IMG/VR virus record: IMGVR_UViG_3300021961_000005
DNA from: a virus
Direction: 5' to 3' (one strand)
Length of the DNA stretch: 41,969 nt
Shown here: positions 38,850 through 41,969 of the stretch, piece after piece
Numbering within the stretch: the stretch's first letter is position 1
How the letters are laid out: every line of letters starts with the position of its first letter
Notes under the pieces: model-generated
What the model was told of the DNA's origin: nothing
Seen by the model: only the letters and a program-made list of their open reading frames with translations
Database searches by the model: none
Made by a program: the position numbers and the translations under genes

Positions 38850-39578
38850 TCAAGCGCGGCGTGCGCGCCGGGTGCGTGCAGGCGTGACCTCTTCCGGCTC
38901 AAGCTCCGGCTCTGCCTCTACCTGCGCGGGCTCTTCCTCTGGCGCGTCGTCACCGCCGAGCATGGCTGCTGCCTCCTCTTCGGTGATCCACTCCTCGATG
39001 TCGAACCTCGGCTTGAAGTTCCACTCGCCCTGAGCTTGGAACTTCTCGCGGGTGAAGATGAACAGCGGGAAGTTCGGCTCGCCCCGGATCGTGCGCTGCG
39101 CGATCTCGTCGAACAGATCAGCGACCGCGTTCTTGCCGCTGGTGCTGTTGGTGCTGAACGAATACTGCACCACTTCGCCTTCGGTCGACATGAAGCCGAA
39201 GCCCAGCATCGACTGCCAGCCGTCCTGCGCGCGGGCGTACGGGCCCTTGTCCTCGAGCTCGCGCTCGGGGATCGCCATGCTGGGCTGGTAGATCGACCAC
39301 TGGTGGCGGGCCACCGGCTTGTTGTCCTTCCAGCAGATCCAGCCACGGAAGGCAGAGCGAGGCTCCATCAGGAATACCTCGCGCTGATCGAGGTCGTCAC
39401 GATCGCGACCATAGGTGATCGCTCCGGTCTTGCCAGAGAACGAGACGTACTCGACGCCATCGCTGGCCGAGCCCGTACTTTCTTCGGCCCCTGCCGACGC
39501 GAGGGCTTTCGCCATGGCGTCCTTGTCGAGGCTGGGGAGGTTTCCGCCTTTGGCGTATGCTGCGAGAGATGTAGACAT
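38850..39578 (-). CDS. Putative ssDNA-binding / annealing protein with acidic C-terminal tail
   Basis: It lies between the exonuclease and polymerase genes and has an AAGGAG SD. The C-terminal stretch EEEAAAMLGGDDAPEEEPAQVEAEPELEPEE recalls the gp2.5/SSB acidic tails. I recognised no catalytic motifs. Confidence 0.35.
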   Translation of the reverse strand: MSTSLAAYAKGGNLPSLDKDAMAKALASAGAEESTGSASDGVEYVSFSGKTGAITYGRDRDDLDQREVFLMEPRSAFRGWICWKDNKPVARHQWSIYQPSMAIPERELEDKGPYARAQDGWQSMLGFGFMSTEGEVVQYSFSTNSTSGKNAVADLFDEIAQRTIRGEPNFPLFIFTREKFQAQGEWNFKPRFDIEEWITEEEAAAMLGGDDAPEEEPAQVEAEPELEPEEVTPARTRRARRA

Positions 39579-39627
39579 GTTGTGCTCCTTTTCTACGTTG
39601 CACGTTTCAACAGAGGCTGTCTGGGCC

Positions 39628-40602
39628 TCACTCGACGGTCAGGCGCTCGCTTGATTTGCCTGTCGTCATGAAGGGGCTGAGATCGATCCCAACCTTCTCC
39701 ATTGCTTTCCAGTCGTAAGCGCGACGGCCCGCGACTGGTGTCAGCTCGACCTTGTGGTTGCCCACGATCAGGTCACGCGCGTTGCGCGCCTTGAGCTCTT
39801 TCTTGATGTCCTCGGCGGCGGTGTCTTTGCGCGCCTTGGCTTCGGCCTCATCGGCCTTGGCGAGGACGTACGCCTGCACCGCAGCGTCGAGGCCAGAGCC
39901 ACGGTTGCCTCGGCTGACGGTGGCCTCGCCCTCGATCTCGATGCCGCACTGCGCGGCGAAGGGGCAGCCGCCATACTTCTTGCACTGACCATCGCGCTTG
40001 CCCTCGCGGTCGAGGCGGTCTGCGCTCTTGGCGTTGAGCATCTTCTTGGCGCGCGGTGCCAGCCGATCGAGGATGTCGCGATCACGCGGGATGTCAAACT
40101 CGAGGATGTCGTTGTAGTTTGACGCATCCATATAGACGAGCTTGCCAGCCACCGGCTTGGGGAAGTCGTCATCCTGCAGGTGCGCCAGCTCCATGCCGAT
40201 CTGCAGCTGCGTGATGTGATCCTGCCGGGGCAGGTAGTTGCGGTTGGTGCGCGGGTCGATGGTCTTGAACTCCATGCCCAGCCAGCCCTGATCGGTCGCC
40301 ATGTACCCATCAGGCGTCGCGCTGATGCGGTGATCATCCGACACGATCGATACCTGATCGTCGCCGCAATAGGCGAGATCCGCACCGGCAGCCATAAGGC
40401 AGTCGACGAGGTAGAGCTCGCCCTGCTTGCCGCGCCGGGCAAAACCCCAGTCCTGCTCGACCGGCGGCAGGTTGCGCTCGAACCACTGCTTGCGGATGCA
40501 GCTGTCTGCGCTCGATGCGTTCAGGTATTTCGAGCGATCGATGCCGAAACCCTCGTCGTCGTCCAGCGCCTGCGCGCCCTGCAATACCAGATCCTTGATC
40601 AT
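39628..40602 (-). CDS. PD-(D/E)XK exonuclease, Cas4/RecB-like with Cys cluster
   Basis: Motifs are ATPDGYM (Asp), LGMEFKT (ExK) and ITQLQIGME (QxxxY-like). One N-terminal Cys sits in SADSCIRKQW and a C-terminal cluster reads CKKYGGCPFAAQC. I chose the start MIKDLV at 40602 (ATGA overlap) over the R-rich extension. Confidence 0.78.
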   Translation of the reverse strand: MIKDLVLQGAQALDDDEGFGIDRSKYLNASSADSCIRKQWFERNLPPVEQDWGFARRGKQGELYLVDCLMAAGADLAYCGDDQVSIVSDDHRISATPDGYMATDQGWLGMEFKTIDPRTNRNYLPRQDHITQLQIGMELAHLQDDDFPKPVAGKLVYMDASNYNDILEFDIPRDRDILDRLAPRAKKMLNAKSADRLDREGKRDGQCKKYGGCPFAAQCGIEIEGEATVSRGNRGSGLDAAVQAYVLAKADEAEAKARKDTAAEDIKKELKARNARDLIVGNHKVELTPVAGRRAYDWKAMEKVGIDLSPFMTTGKSSERLTVE

Positions 40603-40979
40603 GCGTCGTACTCCTCGACTGCGCGCATGGCGTACTCGGCCAGCGCATTGGTGGCGCGCTCGAGGCGCGCATAGATGTCTGCGTAATCCGATGTCGCCTC
40701 GATGCTGCGGTGCACGGCGTCCTCTCGGCTCTTGTCCGCGCGGCCCATCATGCGGATGCATGACCACAGCACCTCGGACGCGGCGTCGGTCGGATTGGTC
40801 GGCGTGCCGCTCTCACGGAACGACGGAAAGAGCTCGACCATGCGCTCGAACGCTTCGGGGCCGATGACGTCGACGATGGTGGGTGCAGGCCGGGGGGCCT
40901 GCAGGTTGTCGATCTCGGCGCGGAGCTTGGCGTTTTGCGCCTCGAGATCTGCGATTTGTAGTTCGAGGTGGTGGGTCAT
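40599..40979 (-). CDS. Hypothetical protein (126 aa) with N-terminal coiled coil
   Basis: I chose the start MTHHLELQIADLEAQNAKL at 40979, behind AGGAGG within the 23-bp junction repeat. Confidence 0.6.
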   Translation of the reverse strand: MTHHLELQIADLEAQNAKLRAEIDNLQAPRPAPTIVDVIGPEAFERMVELFPSFRESGTPTNPTDAASEVLWSCIRMMGRADKSREDAVHRSIEATSDYADIYARLERATNALAEYAMRAVEEYDA

Positions 40980-40998
40980 TGTGCTGCCTCCTGATGGG
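40976..40998. repeat. 23-bp direct repeat, copy A (stop/SD/start junction)
   Basis: TCATTGTGCTGCCTCCTGATGGG is identical to 41464-41486. Confidence 0.9.
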
Positions 40999-41467
40999 TT
41001 GTGCCTCGCAAAATAAAGCATGCGATGTGCCGCCCGGTACCCTTTCCGGGCAGCCCATCCTCTGTCGCCAGCCACCGCACATCCCGCAGGTTCCTGACTT
41101 CTGCACCCGCTTCAAGCAGCATAAGTATCCACTTATCGATGGGGTATACGAGCACAACATCCTTCCCTTTTTTGCTCTCCGCAACGGCTTTCCGCGCCCA
41201 TGCTGTCGGGCCTTTTTTCTTTCCCTCATGCATGATGGATCCAAAGGGGGGGTTGGCATAACTGGATTGCCCCCACTCACAGGTCAGGCCGTCAAAGCCT
41301 TCTGGCAGCGGATATGGGCACGGGTCAAAGTCAAAATGAAACTCCGCATTCAGCTCCGCATATAGGTCAGGGGGGGTGAGCCAATAGTGCCGCCCGTCCT
41401 TATTATTCCCAGCGTGAAATTTGTTTTCTTCTGGCGGTAACTTCGACTGGTGATCCTGCTGTTTCAT
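40976..41467 (-). CDS. Phage Dam-type DNA N6-adenine methyltransferase
   Basis: WLTPPDLYAELNAEFHFDFDPCP and the catalytic SYANPPFG resemble the phage Dam family layout (TP..lf..l...F..FdlDPca ... NPPY). I chose the start MKQQDH at 41467 (ATGA overlap with the helicase stop). Confidence 0.78.
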   Translation of the reverse strand: MKQQDHQSKLPPEENKFHAGNNKDGRHYWLTPPDLYAELNAEFHFDFDPCPYPLPEGFDGLTCEWGQSSYANPPFGSIMHEGKKKGPTAWARKAVAESKKGKDVVLVYPIDKWILMLLEAGAEVRNLRDVRWLATEDGLPGKGTGRHIACFILRGTTHQEAAQ

Positions 41468-41486
41468 TGTGCTGCCTCCTGATGGG
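41464..41486. repeat. 23-bp direct repeat, copy B (stop/SD/start junction)
   Basis: TCATTGTGCTGCCTCCTGATGGG is identical to 40976-40998, with the copies 488 bp apart. Confidence 0.9.
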
Positions 41487-41969
41487 CTTCTGCGGTTGCG
41501 GTGTGGGCGCGGCGCTTGGCATTCGAGATGTTGTGCACCGCCTTGGCGAGTTTGTTTTCGACGTAGAGCGTGTCGACGTGCACGGGCTTGCCCTGCCCCA
41601 TGCGATGCAGGCGCGCATAGAACTGGTCCATGACGCTGGGCGACCAGTCTTCCTCGACCACGACGATGCTGTTGCCACCGCGCTGCAGGTTGAGGCTGAC
41701 GCCCATGGCTGCGATCTGCCCGACCAACACGTCGAGCTCGCCCTCGTTGAACTGGCGCTGGATCTCGGTCTTCATCGCGGCAGAGGTGCGCCCGTCGAGC
41801 TTGGCGACGCGCAGCTTCTTGACGTGCAGCAGATCGACCAGCCCGTCGATGACCTCCCGGTGCCAAGCACCGACGAGGATCGCGCCTTGCTCGGCATCGG
41901 CGCGCTGCCAGATGAAGTCGGCGGCCTCTGGGATCATCGACACGCCCATCTCGCGGCGCATGGTGGCGA
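41464..41969 (-). CDS. SNF2/DEAH-family helicase, C-terminal part (same gene as 1..961 across the circular junction)
   Basis: Helicase C-domain motifs are LDGRTSAAMKTEIQRQFNEGELDVLVGQIAAMGVSLNLQ and DWSPSVMDQFYARLHRMGQ. Bases 41844-41969 duplicate 1-126. The joined gene is 1,341 nt (446 aa). Confidence 0.88.
   Translation of the reverse strand, partial: ATMRREMGVSMIPEAADFIWQRADAEQGAILVGAWHREVIDGLVDLLHVKKLRVAKLDGRTSAAMKTEIQRQFNEGELDVLVGQIAAMGVSLNLQRGGNSIVVVEEDWSPSVMDQFYARLHRMGQGKPVHVDTLYVENKLAKAVHNISNAKRRAHTATAEAHQEAAQ
41844..41969. repeat. Terminal overlap, right copy (identical to 1..126)
   Basis: Same 126-nt string as the window start. Confidence 0.95.

Noticed and set aside
40603-40767. 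N-terminal extension of the exonuclease ORF (track ORF 39628..40767) and of the 40599..41075 ORF
   Set aside because: Both extensions are R/H/P-rich, overlap the upstream genes out of frame, and the internal ATGs sit in ATGA coupling junctions.
41468-41866. N-terminal 133-aa extension of the methylase ORF (track ORF 40976..41866)
   Set aside because: The extension is Arg/Ala/Gly-rich and overlaps the helicase C-domain in another frame. The methylase-family sequence starts at MKQQDH (41467), with an AGGAGG SD and an ATGA overlap.
1-41969. tRNA, rRNA, CRISPR arrays, integrase/repressor (lysogeny module), transposases
   Set aside because: Visual scanning of intergenic and low-GC regions found no cloverleaf-like or repeat-spacer structures, and no ORF with recombinase or transposase motifs. 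tRNAscan-SE or Aragorn and an HMM scan would be needed for certainty.

Overview
The window is a complete phage genome closed into a circle. Bases 1-126 are identical to 41844-41969, which leaves about 41,843 unique bp. Joining the ends restores a single SNF2-type helicase ORF. GC content is high by eye and by hand counts of sample stretches, at roughly 60-70% in most coding DNA. I found no tRNA, rRNA, CRISPR array, integrase, repressor or phage RNA polymerase.

The genome has two divergent arms that start at 3601-3685.

(1) Minus-strand early/replication arm (3549 down to 1, then wrapping from 41843 down to 35363). It encodes small unknown proteins, a dCTP-deaminase-like enzyme, the SNF2 helicase, a Dam-type N6-adenine methylase, a Cas4-like PD-(D/E)XK exonuclease, an SSB-like protein with an acidic tail, a family-A DNA polymerase, a small pyrophosphohydrolase-like protein and an antitoxin-like ribbon-helix-helix protein. 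Three near-identical sigma70-type promoters drive this arm.

(2) Plus-strand arm (3828-35366). It starts with a PrimPol/helicase fusion, an AT-rich iteron cluster (putative origin) and a RuvC-like resolvase. The packaging and virion genes follow:
- TerS-like and TerL proteins, and a T7-type portal.
- Scaffold, HK97-type capsid and a cement-like protein.
- gp11- and gp12-like adaptor and nozzle.
- A GNAT acetyltransferase, two internal virion proteins and a 3,211-aa giant ejection/polyvalent protein.
- A 1,037-aa chimeric tail fibre and a lysis cassette of holin-like protein, membrane-anchored endolysin and overlapped spanins.

The most unusual observations are listed here.
- About 200 nt inside the giant gene carry the codon-usage signature in the +1 frame, coincident with an SD-preceded 86-codon ORF.
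- The giant protein itself is a multi-domain protein with an HExxH motif.
- The early promoters and gene leaders share conserved motifs.
- The Dam gene is bracketed by 23-bp direct repeats.
- The iteron cluster forms a putative origin.

All family assignments come from reading motifs by eye and still need HMM or BLAST confirmation.
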